The notes below the pieces were generated by a model. The model was not told where the DNA came from. It worked only from the letters and a program-made list of their open reading frames with translations, and made no database searches. From an uncultured Chlamydiae bacterium (GTDB lineage Bacteria; Chlamydiota; Chlamydiia; Chlamydiales; JAJFMB01), in assembly GCA_963696295.1 (NCBI GenBank), contig CAVOJR010000001.1, forward strand, positions 1,536,001 to 1,600,000: 64,000 bases of DNA, given 5' to 3'. The position numbers and the translations under genes were made by a program. This document shows, piece after piece, positions 30,584 through 41,719 of this stretch. Every line of letters starts with the position of its first letter. Position 1 is the first letter of the stretch.

Positions 30584-31807
30584 ATGCTGTATCTTTGCTT
30601 GATCGCTTCTCTCTTTTTTTTCCATGACGCGGAAGGCTTTCTTGCCGGCGGGCGGCCTAACTCGTTTTCAGGAGGAACCAATGCCTTTGCCGGCATTGCC
30701 AATCCAGCTAATGCTGTCTGGATTCCCGACCGGTGGGATGTGGGATTCTACTGGGTGCATCAAAGATCGAGTATAAATAATCGCGATAATAACCCCCTGC
30801 TTCTCCCCGGAAAAACCAATACGGCTTACAAAATGAACAATTTGTATAGCTATGATGCGGCCATCACCCGGCAGGTCCGCTTTGGTTCAAAGCCCTGGGA
30901 GGCATCGGTGAGTTTGGCCATCTACTTCGCTCCCAACCGCCTGGCGGTAAGGACTAAGGAGCCTATCCCTTTATTAGGAACAACACCGCAAGTGATAAGG
31001 GATAGTACACAGGTTCTTTCGGCTATCTTTTCCCTCAAACTGAATGAGAGCCATTCTTTTGGCTTTTCCTTGGATTATTTTCACCTGTCCCATCTTAGAG
31101 AGGGATACCAAAATGCCGATAATCCCCAAAGATCGGTCTCTCCGGGAAATGTCACCAATAATGGGACGGATCATTCCGGCGGGCCTGGAATCACCTTGGG
31201 CTGGCGCTGGAAGATAACCCCATCCCTTGACTTTGGCCTGGCCTGGATAAAAAAAAGCTATGTGGGGCAATTTAGAAAATATCGGGGCTTTGAGCCCCAT
31301 CATGCGAAGAATTATATTCCTCAAACGGTGGGCGGGGGGTTTGGTTATCGCTTTATGCCAAAACTCGCCGGGCGTCTGGAGGTGCTATGGATCAATTATG
31401 GCAATCTCCCCGGGGCAAATTCCGCTCTACTCCCCAATGGGGAACTTAACGAGAATAAAAGGGGCTCCAACAAATCCCCGGGTCCCGGACTCCAAAATGC
31501 AACCTTGCTGAACTTAGGGATGGGCTACCAATTCACTTCTCAACTGGCTTTGGGGGTTGGTTTTTCACACCGCTTCAAGAATGGGCAAAGCTCAATCTTA
31601 GCGCACTCCTACAGGATTCAGACCCTCTATGATCTTCTCACTGTAGGAGCCAATTTCAAATATAAAAAGCATGATTTTTATCTGATCTTCACCCGAGGAT
31701 TTAAGAATACGGTGCAAGGCCATATTCCCCCGGCAATCGGCGGAGGAATGTTGTCCACAGAAAAGTCCAACGGCTCGGCGTTCTTTTCCTGGGGCTATCT
31801 GTATTGA
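30584..31807 (+). CDS. Outer-membrane beta-barrel, FadL/TodX-like
   Basis: Signal peptide, N-terminal ANPA motif, amphipathic beta strands, aromatic C-terminus FFSWGYLY. Confidence 0.65.
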   Translation: MLYLCLIASLFFFHDAEGFLAGGRPNSFSGGTNAFAGIANPANAVWIPDRWDVGFYWVHQRSSINNRDNNPLLLPGKTNTAYKMNNLYSYDAAITRQVRFGSKPWEASVSLAIYFAPNRLAVRTKEPIPLLGTTPQVIRDSTQVLSAIFSLKLNESHSFGFSLDYFHLSHLREGYQNADNPQRSVSPGNVTNNGTDHSGGPGITLGWRWKITPSLDFGLAWIKKSYVGQFRKYRGFEPHHAKNYIPQTVGGGFGYRFMPKLAGRLEVLWINYGNLPGANSALLPNGELNENKRGSNKSPGPGLQNATLLNLGMGYQFTSQLALGVGFSHRFKNGQSSILAHSYRIQTLYDLLTVGANFKYKKHDFYLIFTRGFKNTVQGHIPPAIGGGMLSTEKSNGSAFFSWGYLY

Positions 31808-31868
31808 AATTTATCCGCTGCATCGAGCGAGCAGGTCAAAGAACTAATAGTGGGAGTTTCAGGGTCGA

Positions 31869-33842
31869 TTATAGTAGAGCCGTAAGGGTGCGCAAATTGT
31901 CCTTCAACGTGGTGCTGTCGGGATATTCCCGCAGCAAGTCTTCGGTCAACTCTTTGGCCCTTTGCCAATTCTTTTCGTTATAGGCTTTGCGGGCCTGATA
32001 CGATTTGGCCTCCACCGACTCTCTTTCTATTTTAGAATAGATCCGCTCGGCGAGTTCGATCTCTCCCTGATTCAGAGCTATGCGGGCTAATTTTTCCTGC
32101 CCCTGAAGAGAGCTTTGCAGTTTCTTGTGGTTGAGAATGATTTTTTTGGCTTCGGCATACTGATCGTGATCCAGATAAATTTGACATAAGAAGTCCGCCA
32201 GGCGATAGCCGTTTTCCGTGTTTTGCTGCGCGCGTTTATGCAGCGAAAAGATCTCCTGTTCCGATTCCTGGGCGCGGTGCAGAAGGGAGAAGACGAGGTC
32301 GGGAAGGTGAGGCGTGCGCGGGATGATCGCGGCATACTCTACCGCTTTGGCTATGCTCACATTGTCGGCAAGAGCCGCGACAAAATCCAATGAAACCCAC
32401 TCAGGAGCGCATCTGGAGGGAGATTCGTAAGGGTATAAATGGCGCGCGGCCTCCGTCCAGCCGGCTTTAAGGAAGATCGCGGCAACGGCGTCTTTGCTTT
32501 GTAGAAACTTGTCGAGCTCCTCTTTAGTTTCAATGGTGGGGTAGCCGGGCTGCGAATGTTTGGCCAAGGCGGCAAGCAGGGGAAAATAGTCATCAGAATG
32601 CTCGATATGCAGCATCTGGAAGCTGATCGTGTCTATCGCCACCTCATCGGTTCCAAACCCTCTGTAGATGAGAAGATACTTTAAGGTGTCTTCCAAATCT
32701 TTGTCCCAGGAGTTGGCGTAGAAGGGGTTGTTTTGCAAAAGCTGCCAGGCCTCTCTTAGCTTGCTTTGCTTAAATGACTGGATGAGCTTCAGCCAAAAAG
32801 TGCTCTGCTCCGTCTTTTGAAGATCCCTGGAATAGAGTATTTGCTGGAAGGCGTCGTTTTTCCAAAATTCGCCCGGTTTTAACGAATTGAGGTACTGGGC
32901 GTATTGCTGCAAAATCCGGTTGCCTTGAGGCGGCTGGACCTGCGCCTGGACCGGTTTGGCCACCTGTTTCCAAAACAGAAATTTTATCCAAGCTTCTTCT
33001 TCGCAGTTTTCATCCAGGCTGCGGCTCCAAAACCGGATAGCGTCGCTGAAGGCCTTTTTGCGGATAAAAAGGTCGCCGACAAAATTTTTAAGGGAAGGAT
33101 TTTGGGGATCCAGGTCAATCGCGCCCAGGTATTCATTCAGGGCCGCTTCTTCGTCGCCAAGGGATTCGAGCAGCTTGCCGCGATAAAACCGCACCTCTGC
33201 GTTCAGCGGATCCTTTTTGGTCGCTTTGGAAAGATAATTCCACGCCTCTTTAGGCTCTTCCTTCATGGTGAGGATAGCCAGCCTCAAAAGGCGGAAGGCG
33301 TCGGTCTCGCCGGAAAACGTGCGGGAATTGAGCAAATTGATCGCCTCTCCCTGGCGCCCTTCGGCGAGGAGCCGGTCGACATCGAAAGAGAGCCACGTTT
33401 CATCCGCATGTTCATAGCCGCGCCAATAGTTGCGGAACATCTGGTATTCCTGAAACTGGCGGTTTTCAATATAGTGTTCAGCAATTAAAAGAGCCGCGTC
33501 TTCATGATCGAGCAGCGCTTCAGGGGTGTAATCGAAGATGTCGATCAGCTGAGGGATATCGCGCAGGCTGATGCAGGCCTTGACTAAAAGGTCGGTCCAT
33601 TTGGGGGAGGTGAAATTTTCCTCTTCAATCTCTTCTTTTATGCTTTTCATGGCCGCAAGCGCTTCTTCCGCACGCCCTTCGGCGAGCAAATTTTCCACTT
33701 CCTGAAGATACTCCTCTTCTTCCTGAAGCACCAGTTGCGTTTGCCTTTTCTCTATGTTATAGGCCGAGAGGAAATATAACCCGATAAATAGACAGAAAAT
33801 AGCGCAGCACGCGCAGATGATAACTAGCCCTAGCCTTCGCAT
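31869..33842 (-). CDS. Membrane-anchored TPR protein
   Basis: N-terminal TM segment; TPR-like units (AWNYLSKATKKDPLNAEVRFYRGKLL, ALNEYLGAIDLDPQN). Confidence 0.8.
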   Translation of the reverse strand: MRRLGLVIICACCAIFCLFIGLYFLSAYNIEKRQTQLVLQEEEEYLQEVENLLAEGRAEEALAAMKSIKEEIEEENFTSPKWTDLLVKACISLRDIPQLIDIFDYTPEALLDHEDAALLIAEHYIENRQFQEYQMFRNYWRGYEHADETWLSFDVDRLLAEGRQGEAINLLNSRTFSGETDAFRLLRLAILTMKEEPKEAWNYLSKATKKDPLNAEVRFYRGKLLESLGDEEAALNEYLGAIDLDPQNPSLKNFVGDLFIRKKAFSDAIRFWSRSLDENCEEEAWIKFLFWKQVAKPVQAQVQPPQGNRILQQYAQYLNSLKPGEFWKNDAFQQILYSRDLQKTEQSTFWLKLIQSFKQSKLREAWQLLQNNPFYANSWDKDLEDTLKYLLIYRGFGTDEVAIDTISFQMLHIEHSDDYFPLLAALAKHSQPGYPTIETKEELDKFLQSKDAVAAIFLKAGWTEAARHLYPYESPSRCAPEWVSLDFVAALADNVSIAKAVEYAAIIPRTPHLPDLVFSLLHRAQESEQEIFSLHKRAQQNTENGYRLADFLCQIYLDHDQYAEAKKIILNHKKLQSSLQGQEKLARIALNQGEIELAERIYSKIERESVEAKSYQARKAYNEKNWQRAKELTEDLLREYPDSTTLKDNLRTLTALL

Positions 33843-33985
33843 CAGTCACTCTAAATTACTATGTAAAACGTAGTTTATACTAAGAGTTGCATTTTTTACC
33901 AATTATACCGCATAAAATCGCTCAAAAAAAATTCTTGTGTTGGCCGGGCCGATCGTTTAAACATCAAATCAAGAAGGGGGGGAAG

Positions 33986-35428
33986 ATGGCACAGCGTATC
34001 TCTATCAGTATCAATCCGTTGCAAAAGCAAAAGCAGATGCAGCATCTGATGATGTCGCCGCAAATGCAACAGGCTCTTAATCTTCTGCAGCTGCCCCTGC
34101 TGGAACTATCGGCTATCGTTGAGATGGAGTTGCAGCAAAACCCTATCTTAGAACTGATTGAAGAGGTTGGCGAGGAAAGATATGAAGAACCTCTTGAAAG
34201 GGAATTGGAATTTCATGAGCAGGATTATGAGCGGCTGCAAAATCTTGAAGAGGAGTATCGGGAGCATTTTTCTTTAAGCGAAGGGGCGTTCACTCAAAGG
34301 TCCGGGGATGAAGAGAGTTTAAAACAGTTTCTGGAAAATTCGATCGTAAAACAAGATACTATCTTCGAATCATTAATGATTCAGGTCAATCAAACATTTG
34401 ATTCTAAAGAGGATAAAGAATGCGCAGAGTTGATCGTCGGCCACTTGGATGAAAAAGGCTTTTTAACGACCTCACTGAAAGAAATTGCCGATCATTACCG
34501 CAAAAGCATAAAGAATTTGAATAAGATCCTGAAAAAAATACAAGAATTTGAGCCTTATGGAATTGGAGCGGAAAATCTCCAGGAGTCCCTTTTGATTCAA
34601 CTGCGCTGCTTAGGGAAAGCGGGGAGTTTGGCCTACGCAATTGTCGATAAGCATTACAACGATTTGATCAATAATAGGATCCCGCTGATTGCCAAAAGTT
34701 TAAAATGCGGGCACCAGGAGATTGTCGATGCCGTGCAGCAGCATGTCGCTTCGCTTGATTTCAGGCCGGGAGCGCAGCTTGCCGATTCCCCGGTGCACTA
34801 CATCAAACCGGATGTCTCCTTAAGAATTGAGGGTAATAATATCCATGTCGATGTCGAAAGCGATATTTTGCCTCCGATTCGCATCAACCGCAATTATCTG
34901 AAGATGTTAAGCTGCGATGAGGTTCCTCTGGAGGAGAAAAATTTTATCAAAAATCAGCTGCTGTCGGCGAAATGGCTGCTCCGCAACCTGCAGCACCGCA
35001 ATAGTTTGATCGAACGGATTGCCGGTTCTTTAGTCAAAAGACAGCGCGATTTTTTTCTTACGGATAAGGGCAAGCTCATCCCCTTGAAGATGAAGACGAT
35101 TGCCGAGGAGTTAGAGGTGCATGAATCGACCATTGCCCGGGCAGTTGCCAATAAATATCTTGATACGCCCTATGGCCTTATGCCTTTTCGCTCTTTCTTT
35201 ACCCACGCCTATACGACCGAAGAAGGGGAGAATGTCTCTTCCAGCACGGTGCAGGGATTAATCAAAGAGATGATCGAAAAAGAGGATAAGGGGAAGCCGA
35301 TTTCCGATGCCGCTATTTCGGGGAGTTTGAGCAGGCAGGGGATCGTTTGTGCCAGGCGCACAGTGGCCAAGTACCGTGCGGAGCTGAACCTCGGCAACGC
35401 TAAGCAGCGGAAAAGGCATACAAATTAA
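33986..35428 (+). CDS. rpoN: RNA polymerase sigma-54 factor
   Basis: Q/L-rich region I, HESTIARA and the RpoN box ARRTVAKYR; start placed at MAQRISI after a G-rich RBS. Confidence 0.97.
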   Translation: MAQRISISINPLQKQKQMQHLMMSPQMQQALNLLQLPLLELSAIVEMELQQNPILELIEEVGEERYEEPLERELEFHEQDYERLQNLEEEYREHFSLSEGAFTQRSGDEESLKQFLENSIVKQDTIFESLMIQVNQTFDSKEDKECAELIVGHLDEKGFLTTSLKEIADHYRKSIKNLNKILKKIQEFEPYGIGAENLQESLLIQLRCLGKAGSLAYAIVDKHYNDLINNRIPLIAKSLKCGHQEIVDAVQQHVASLDFRPGAQLADSPVHYIKPDVSLRIEGNNIHVDVESDILPPIRINRNYLKMLSCDEVPLEEKNFIKNQLLSAKWLLRNLQHRNSLIERIAGSLVKRQRDFFLTDKGKLIPLKMKTIAEELEVHESTIARAVANKYLDTPYGLMPFRSFFTHAYTTEEGENVSSSTVQGLIKEMIEKEDKGKPISDAAISGSLSRQGIVCARRTVAKYRAELNLGNAKQRKRHTN

Positions 35429-36281
35429 TAAAGCGCCAGCGCAAAGAGTCCTGGGCGCGCATGTATTCCCTGATTTTTCCCGCGTTCCATCCGGCAAAAA
35501 GGGCGATTTCCCGGTCCGTCAGACGGTAAAGGACGGCGCCGGCTTTTTGCCTGTCCTCTAAAAGCGCGCATAAATGTTTATAGCACTTTTTATAAATTCT
35601 CTGTTTTTTCCACAGGCGGAATAGGGCAAAGGCGGTCATGGCAAGAGGAATGGCTTTCAGCCACATCGCCTGCTGGTAGGCGGCCGGATAGCGCAAGACC
35701 AGGACGGCATCGAGGATGATGATGCCGGTGAGGACGAGCAGGAAAAGAAAACTTTCGACCGAGGATTGGACGATCGGGCCGAAGTAGCGTCTGAAAGGAG
35801 AGCGCGCAGTCGTGTAGGCGATCACTTCTTCAAAGCGGGGTTCTTCAAACTCCATCCGGCCCACATGGGAAAGTTCATGGGCGATCAGTTCGTCGCGGTC
35901 GTAAAATCCCAGCAATTTTTTGGAGCGGTGCAAAGCTTTTCTAAGCTGCAGGAGCGCCGCGGTGGGCGAGTCTTTTTTCAGCTGAAATATCCAGGCGCAT
36001 CCCCCATGCCAGGGATAGAGTTGATAATTGCTGAAAAAGATGGGGATCCAGTCGGGGGAGATGCCGAACCGCTCCTCCGTTTCCGCCTTGGCTTCGGAGA
36101 AAAAGGAAAGATCGGCTCCCTCTTCCGGCTTGAAAGGGATCTCCTGTCCGAGCTCGGCGCTCAATGTCGTGTGGAGATTGAGGCAGAATTCGGCCCGTTT
36201 GGCAAAGGCCTCTTCACTTTCGCAAGGTCCGGGAATCAGCCCCTGGTCGTTAAAAAAACGGAGATTGTGGTCGGTAATCAT
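35400..36281 (-). CDS. Conserved hypothetical membrane protein with HExxH motif
   Basis: AHELSHVGR..FEE; two C-terminal TM segments. Confidence 0.65.
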   Translation of the reverse strand: MITDHNLRFFNDQGLIPGPCESEEAFAKRAEFCLNLHTTLSAELGQEIPFKPEEGADLSFFSEAKAETEERFGISPDWIPIFFSNYQLYPWHGGCAWIFQLKKDSPTAALLQLRKALHRSKKLLGFYDRDELIAHELSHVGRMEFEEPRFEEVIAYTTARSPFRRYFGPIVQSSVESFLFLLVLTGIIILDAVLVLRYPAAYQQAMWLKAIPLAMTAFALFRLWKKQRIYKKCYKHLCALLEDRQKAGAVLYRLTDREIALFAGWNAGKIREYMRAQDSLRWRFINLYAFSAA

Positions 36282-36403
36282 GGAAGAATCATATCAGATA
36301 CGGATTAAAAATATCATCTTTTACTTGCAAGCAGAGCCCAGATATGGCACGCTAATACACAAACTACTTCAAAATTTGGGATTTTGGCTTTGCCGAAGCC
36401 TCG

Positions 36404-36439
36404 GGATTCAACGATCGCAAATTTGCGATCGTTGAATCC
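36404..36439. repeat. Perfect 36-bp palindrome inside a longer imperfect hairpin (about 36361-36460)
   Basis: ggattcaacgatcgcaaatttgcgatcgttgaatcc equals its own reverse complement. Confidence 0.95.
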
Positions 36440-36498
36440 AAAAACCAAATAAGTTGTTTGTGTATAATACACTTATAGTGTGAGCTGGAGAGGAAGGC

Positions 36499-38127
36499 AT
36501 GCTGTTGGATGATTATGAAGAATTCAGTGAGAGCCAGTGTAAGATTCTTGAGCACTATGTCACGAACACACGGGGAAATATCTTTGCCTTGCGCAATTTG
36601 CCCGAGGTGATCAAAGGAGCTCTTTTCTCCCGCTATTCCCGCTCCAGCCTTGGATTGCGCTCTTTGCTTCTCAAGGAGTTTATCGGCGATGAGGAGTCCT
36701 CGTTTGCCAAGATCGCCGGACAGGCGGATGGAGCGTACGATGCTGAGAAGCAGACGGCCGCGATTAAAAAAGCGCAGAATTTTTACGACCGCATCCTCGA
36801 CGGCTATGGGGACGACTCGATCGGGGAACTCGGCGGGGCGCACCTCGCGATAGAAAACGTTTCCATGCTCGCCGCCAAGATGATCGAAGACTGCCGCATC
36901 GGCGGATCTCCTTTAGAAAAATCGACCCGGTATATCTATTTTGATCAGAAGGTGAACGGGGAATACCTCTTTTACCGCGAACCCGTCCTTATGACCTCGG
37001 CTTTTCGCGATATCTACATCGACACCTGCAATCTCCTGTTCGAAACCTATAGCAAATTTATTCCTGTATTGACCGCTATCTTTGAAGAGCAGATGCCGAA
37101 AGATCAGTCAGTCTCCAAAGCGGCCTATACGGCGGCTTTGCGCGCCAAAGTGCTCGATTGCTTGAGAGGTTTGCTGCCCGCCGGCACCTTGACAAACATG
37201 GGGGTTTACGGCAACGGCCGTTTCTTTGAAAATTTGATCCACAAACTGCAATGCCATAACCTCGCCGAGATGCAGGAAACCGGAAAGAGAAGCTATGATG
37301 AGCTCGCCAAAGTGATTCCTTCGTTTGTCCGCCGCTCCGACCTTGCCCATCACACCCATAAAGGCTATGCCGAATTTTATGCCGATATGCAAGAACAGCT
37401 GCAGATGATCACGGCGGAAAACACCACTTTTTCCGAAAGGTCCAAAGAGCCGGGCGTCTATTTGATCTCCTGCGATTCCGACGCGGTGATTAAAGTGGCC
37501 GCCTCGATGTTATACCCCCACTGCCATAAAGGGTTTCACGATCTGTGGCAATACTGTAAAGAGTTGTCGGAAGAGGAGATCGGAAGGATTCTCGATGCCG
37601 GGTGCCAGATGAGAAAAAACCGGCGCAATAAATCCCCGAGAGCTTTGGAAAATGCGGAATTTACTTTTGAGATCATCGCCGATTTCGGCGTTTACCGCGA
37701 TCTGCACCGCCACCGGATGCTGACTCAGGAAAGGCAGCTGCTTTGCTGCGACTACGGTTATGTCATTCCGCCGGAACTCGTGGGAACCTCGATGGAGGCG
37801 GAATACCACAGCGCCATGGAACAGGCCAGGCATGTCTTTGAAACCATCGCCCAGGAATTGCCCGAAGAAGCGCAGTATGTTGTCCCGATGGCTTATAACG
37901 TCCGCTGGTATTTTCATGTCAATTTGCGGGCTTTGCAATGGTTGTGCGAGCTGCGCTCCTCTCCTCAAGGCCATCCGAATTACCGCCATATCGCTCAGGA
38001 AATGGCCAACCAGGTGGGTTCCGTTTTCCCCGCGTTCCAGCGCTTTTTCCGGTTTGTCGATTTTGAGGGGTATGAGATGGGCAGGATTGGAGCCGAACAA
38101 AAAAAAGTGGAAAAGCAATTAAAATAA
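36499..38127 (+). CDS. thyX: FAD-dependent thymidylate synthase, duplicated-domain chlamydial type
   Basis: GALFSRYSRS, YGDDSIGEL, LEKSTRY, YRDLHRHRMLTQ, ELRSSPQGH. Confidence 0.93.
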   Translation: MLLDDYEEFSESQCKILEHYVTNTRGNIFALRNLPEVIKGALFSRYSRSSLGLRSLLLKEFIGDEESSFAKIAGQADGAYDAEKQTAAIKKAQNFYDRILDGYGDDSIGELGGAHLAIENVSMLAAKMIEDCRIGGSPLEKSTRYIYFDQKVNGEYLFYREPVLMTSAFRDIYIDTCNLLFETYSKFIPVLTAIFEEQMPKDQSVSKAAYTAALRAKVLDCLRGLLPAGTLTNMGVYGNGRFFENLIHKLQCHNLAEMQETGKRSYDELAKVIPSFVRRSDLAHHTHKGYAEFYADMQEQLQMITAENTTFSERSKEPGVYLISCDSDAVIKVAASMLYPHCHKGFHDLWQYCKELSEEEIGRILDAGCQMRKNRRNKSPRALENAEFTFEIIADFGVYRDLHRHRMLTQERQLLCCDYGYVIPPELVGTSMEAEYHSAMEQARHVFETIAQELPEEAQYVVPMAYNVRWYFHVNLRALQWLCELRSSPQGHPNYRHIAQEMANQVGSVFPAFQRFFRFVDFEGYEMGRIGAEQKKVEKQLK

Positions 38128-38257
38128 TGACTAAAATTGCCCATCGGTGTAAATTAACAGCATGCTAAACCTTTCTTTCTTTTGGCCGCAAGGCCGTGTT
38201 TAATCTGTTTTCTTAAATTGTCATTTTTTTTGATTTTACTTTGAAATAGGATTTGTT

Positions 38258-39457
38258 ATGCCACAGAAAGGAAGTGTTTTAGGGGGGACTTTACTCGTAG
38301 CCGGGTGCTGCATCGGGGCCGGTATGCTGGGATTGCCGGTTGTCACGGCGTTTGTCGGACTGATTCCCACGTTCTGGATGCTTTTTGTGACTTGGGCCTA
38401 TATGTGCTGCACGGGGCTTTTGCTGCTCGAAGTGAATCTCTGGTATAAAGATGAAATCAGCATGGTCTCGATGTCGGACCGGACGATCGGCCGCATCGGA
38501 AAATGGGTGGCCTGGGCTACTTTTCTTTTCCTCTTCTACTCCCTCATGGTCGCCTATGTCGCGGGGTGCGGCGAGCTTTTTTCCGATTTTTTCAAAGAGT
38601 TATTCGCTATTACTGCTCCCGCCTGGACGGGAAGCCTGTTTTTCGCTCTTCTTTTTGGTGCGATGATCTATTTCGGCACCTATGTGGTGGACAAGTTCAA
38701 CCGCCTTTTGATGCTCGGCCTGATCATCACCTATCTGTTGCTCCTCATCCTGGGATTTTCCGAATTCAAACTTCACTGTTTGAGCTACCAGAACTGGGCC
38801 GGGGCGCCATTTGTGCTGCCCGTGATGGTTATTTTGTACGGCTTTCACAATTTGGTGCCGAGCCTGACCACTTATTTGGGCCACGACTCAAAACGGCTGG
38901 TCCTCACCATCGTCTTAGGCAGTTTGATTCCCTTCTTCGTCTATCTGCTCTGGGAATTGCTGATTCTGGGTTTGATCACCGCCGAGGGGAGCTCCGAGCT
39001 TAGGCAAGCCTTGAGCGAGGGGGATATTGCGACCCGGGTTTTGCGGCAGGCGGTCGGTAAAGCCTGGGTGGTCGACGTCGCCGAGTATTTTGGCTTTTTC
39101 GCTCTGGTCACTTCTTTTTTGACCGTGGCCTTGGGCTTCGTCGATTTTTTAGCGGATGGCCTGCGGATTCCGAAAAGCCGGTATGGATCGGCCTTTTTAT
39201 GCTTTCTTGTGCTGGGCTTGCCTTTCCTCTGTTCGCTGATCTATCCCAATGTATTTATTAACGCCCTGGAATACGGGGGTTTTGCCGCCGTTGTTTTATT
39301 CGGGCTGCTGCCTGCCGCCATGGTGTGGGTGGGACGCTACAAACTGCATTATACAGATCATCAAATTGTTCCCGGCGGGAGGTTTTCATTGATTCTCATC
39401 ATCCTGTTTTCTCTCCTGGTGATGGCGCTGCTGATTTTACAAAAGGTGAAGGGATGA
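38258..39457 (+). CDS. tyrP: Aromatic amino acid permease (TyrP/Mtr family)
   Basis: GGTLLVAGCCIGAGMLGLP, LLLEVN, GFHNLVPSL; multiple TM segments. Confidence 0.9.
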   Translation: MPQKGSVLGGTLLVAGCCIGAGMLGLPVVTAFVGLIPTFWMLFVTWAYMCCTGLLLLEVNLWYKDEISMVSMSDRTIGRIGKWVAWATFLFLFYSLMVAYVAGCGELFSDFFKELFAITAPAWTGSLFFALLFGAMIYFGTYVVDKFNRLLMLGLIITYLLLLILGFSEFKLHCLSYQNWAGAPFVLPVMVILYGFHNLVPSLTTYLGHDSKRLVLTIVLGSLIPFFVYLLWELLILGLITAEGSSELRQALSEGDIATRVLRQAVGKAWVVDVAEYFGFFALVTSFLTVALGFVDFLADGLRIPKSRYGSAFLCFLVLGLPFLCSLIYPNVFINALEYGGFAAVVLFGLLPAAMVWVGRYKLHYTDHQIVPGGRFSLILIILFSLLVMALLILQKVKG

Positions 39458-40677
39458 AAAAATATAACCGGATCATCGGAGGGATTTTGCTCGTCTCCGG
39501 GACGATTTTAGGGGTCGCCATTTTGGCTTTCCCGGTCGCTACCGGGATGGCCGGTTTTTTCCCCTCATTGCTTTTATTCATCGCCTATTGGCTCTACATG
39601 ACATTTACAGCCTTTTGCATGCTGGAAGTGAATCTTTGGGAGGGGAAAACCTCGAATCTCGTCTCTATGGCCAAACACACTTTAGGACGGGGCGGCGAAA
39701 TTGTAAGCTGGGTCACCTATCTCTTTTTGATGTACGCTCTCATGACGGCCTACATAGCGGTCGGGGGGTCGCTGGTGGTCAATTTCCTGCGCTTTTTTAC
39801 GGAAGTGGATTTCCCCGATTGGGTCGGCAGCCTGCCCGTGGTGTTCTTTTTCGGATTTTTTGTGTATGAAGGGACGCGCTATGTCGACCTGGTGAACAGG
39901 GTGTTGATGGCCGGGCTCGCCTTAGCCTACATATTCATGATCTTTTATTTGGTTCCTTTTGTCGATCTGGAAAAAGTGACCCATACGCAGTGGCGCTATC
40001 TGCCGGCGGCTTTGTCGGTTGTTTCGACCTCCTTCGGTTTTCAGATTATCATTCCCACCCTATCCAACTATTTAAACCGGAATGTTTCTTCCTTAAAAAA
40101 AGTGATTTTGATCGGGAGCCTGATTCCCCTGATCATTTACATTATCTGGGAGCTGCTCACTTTGGGAGTGATTCCTCTCGAGGGGAAATACGGCATCATC
40201 CAAGGTTATGCGCGAGGGGAAGATGGAGCGAAGCTTTTGACAGGGGTGCTGAAGAATCCGGCTATCACTATCGTGGCCACCGTCTTCTCATTCTTTGCCA
40301 TTGTGACATCGCTTTTGGGCGTTTCGATCAGCCTGCTCGATTTTCTGGCTGACGGCCTGAAAATCAAAAAGAGCAGCTGGGGAAAAATTGTCCTGTTTAC
40401 CTTGACTTTTCTCCCTCCCTTTTTTTTCATTGTCACCGATCCGAGGGCATTCTTAAGCGCCCTCGATTATGCGGGAGGATTTGGCGTCGTAATCCTGCTC
40501 GGCCTCTTGCCGACGCTGATGGTCTGGGCCGGGCGCTATCATCACCGCTTCGATTCCCATTATCAGGCGCCGGGAGGAAAACCCGCATTAATGGCTTCTC
40601 TCTTCATCTCGATTTTGATTATCGTTTTTGAATTGGGCGTGAAGCTGGGATTTATTATTTTACCAATCATGAGTTGA
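39454..40677 (+). CDS. tyrP: Second aromatic amino acid permease (TyrP/Mtr family)
   Basis: [49 protein letters not shown] overlap with the upstream paralog. Confidence 0.9.
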   Translation: MKKYNRIIGGILLVSGTILGVAILAFPVATGMAGFFPSLLLFIAYWLYMTFTAFCMLEVNLWEGKTSNLVSMAKHTLGRGGEIVSWVTYLFLMYALMTAYIAVGGSLVVNFLRFFTEVDFPDWVGSLPVVFFFGFFVYEGTRYVDLVNRVLMAGLALAYIFMIFYLVPFVDLEKVTHTQWRYLPAALSVVSTSFGFQIIIPTLSNYLNRNVSSLKKVILIGSLIPLIIYIIWELLTLGVIPLEGKYGIIQGYARGEDGAKLLTGVLKNPAITIVATVFSFFAIVTSLLGVSISLLDFLADGLKIKKSSWGKIVLFTLTFLPPFFFIVTDPRAFLSALDYAGGFGVVILLGLLPTLMVWAGRYHHRFDSHYQAPGGKPALMASLFISILIIVFELGVKLGFIILPIMS

Positions 40678-40681
40678 ACCT

Positions 40682-41719
40682 ATGAACAGAAAAAGATTAA
40701 TATCAGGCGACCGCCCTACCGGGGCGCTGCATTTAGGACACTACCTCGGCTCCATCAAAAACCGGGTGGAATCGCAAGACAAATACGAGTGTTATTTTTT
40801 TATTGCCGACCTGCACGCTTTAACCACAAAGCCGCAAAAAGAACATATCATGGAGATTCGCGAGCACTTGAAAACGATGGTGCTCGATTACCTGGCCTGC
40901 GGCATCGACCCGGCCAAGTCGATCATTTTCCTGCAGTCGGCCGTGCCGGCGGTGTATGAGATGAACCTGATGTTAGGCAATCTGGTCGCGCTCAACCGCT
41001 TAACCGGTTTGCCGAGCCTCAAAGAGATGGCGAAAAACGCGCACATCGATCCCGAGAGCATCCCCTTTGGCCTGATCGGCTATCCGGTTCTGCAGACCGC
41101 CGATATTTTGATGCCGAAAGCGGAGATAGTCCCTGTCGGGAAAGACAACCTCGCCCACATCGAGCTCGCGCGCGACATCGCCCGCCGCTTCAACCAATAC
41201 TACGGCCCGGTCTTTCCGGAACCGGAAGCGCTATTGAGCTCCGTGCCCACCTTGATCGGAACCGACGGCAAGGGCAAGATGAGCAAATCAGCCGGCAATG
41301 CCATCCTTTTATCCGACGACGCCAAAACCGTGGAAAAGAAAGTGAAGGGGATGTATACCGATCCTAACCGGGTCCACGCGCATATCCCAGGGGCTGTGGA
41401 AGGAAACCCTGTTTTCAGCTATCACGACATCTTCAATCCCGACAGCGCCGAAGTGGAAGACCTGAAACAGCGCTACCGTGAGGGAACAGTCGGGGATGTG
41501 GAAGTAAAGGAAAAGCTGGCCCTGGCCATGAACCGCTTTCTCGAGCCGTTCCGGGAAAGGCGGAAAGCGTTTGAACAGGAACCGGGATTAGTGGAAAAAA
41601 TCGTTTATGAGGGCACCTTGAAAATGATTGAAGTGGCCAACGAGACCTTGAAAGAGATGCAAAGCGCCATGGGCTTAAAGGGGGCGTGGAACAAGATTTC
41701 CCGCATCGCCAGAAAATGA
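40682..41719 (+). CDS. trpS: Tryptophan--tRNA ligase
   Basis: [28 protein letters not shown]. Confidence 0.97.
   Translation: MNRKRLISGDRPTGALHLGHYLGSIKNRVESQDKYECYFFIADLHALTTKPQKEHIMEIREHLKTMVLDYLACGIDPAKSIIFLQSAVPAVYEMNLMLGNLVALNRLTGLPSLKEMAKNAHIDPESIPFGLIGYPVLQTADILMPKAEIVPVGKDNLAHIELARDIARRFNQYYGPVFPEPEALLSSVPTLIGTDGKGKMSKSAGNAILLSDDAKTVEKKVKGMYTDPNRVHAHIPGAVEGNPVFSYHDIFNPDSAEVEDLKQRYREGTVGDVEVKEKLALAMNRFLEPFRERRKAFEQEPGLVEKIVYEGTLKMIEVANETLKEMQSAMGLKGAWNKISRIARK

Noticed and set aside
36344..36360. Sigma-54 promoter upstream of thyX (TGGCACG)
   Set aside because: The -12 position reads TAC rather than TTGC
36469..36481. NrdR box upstream of thyX (acacttatagtgt)
   Set aside because: Dyad is 3 nt shorter than the 16-bp consensus and occurs singly
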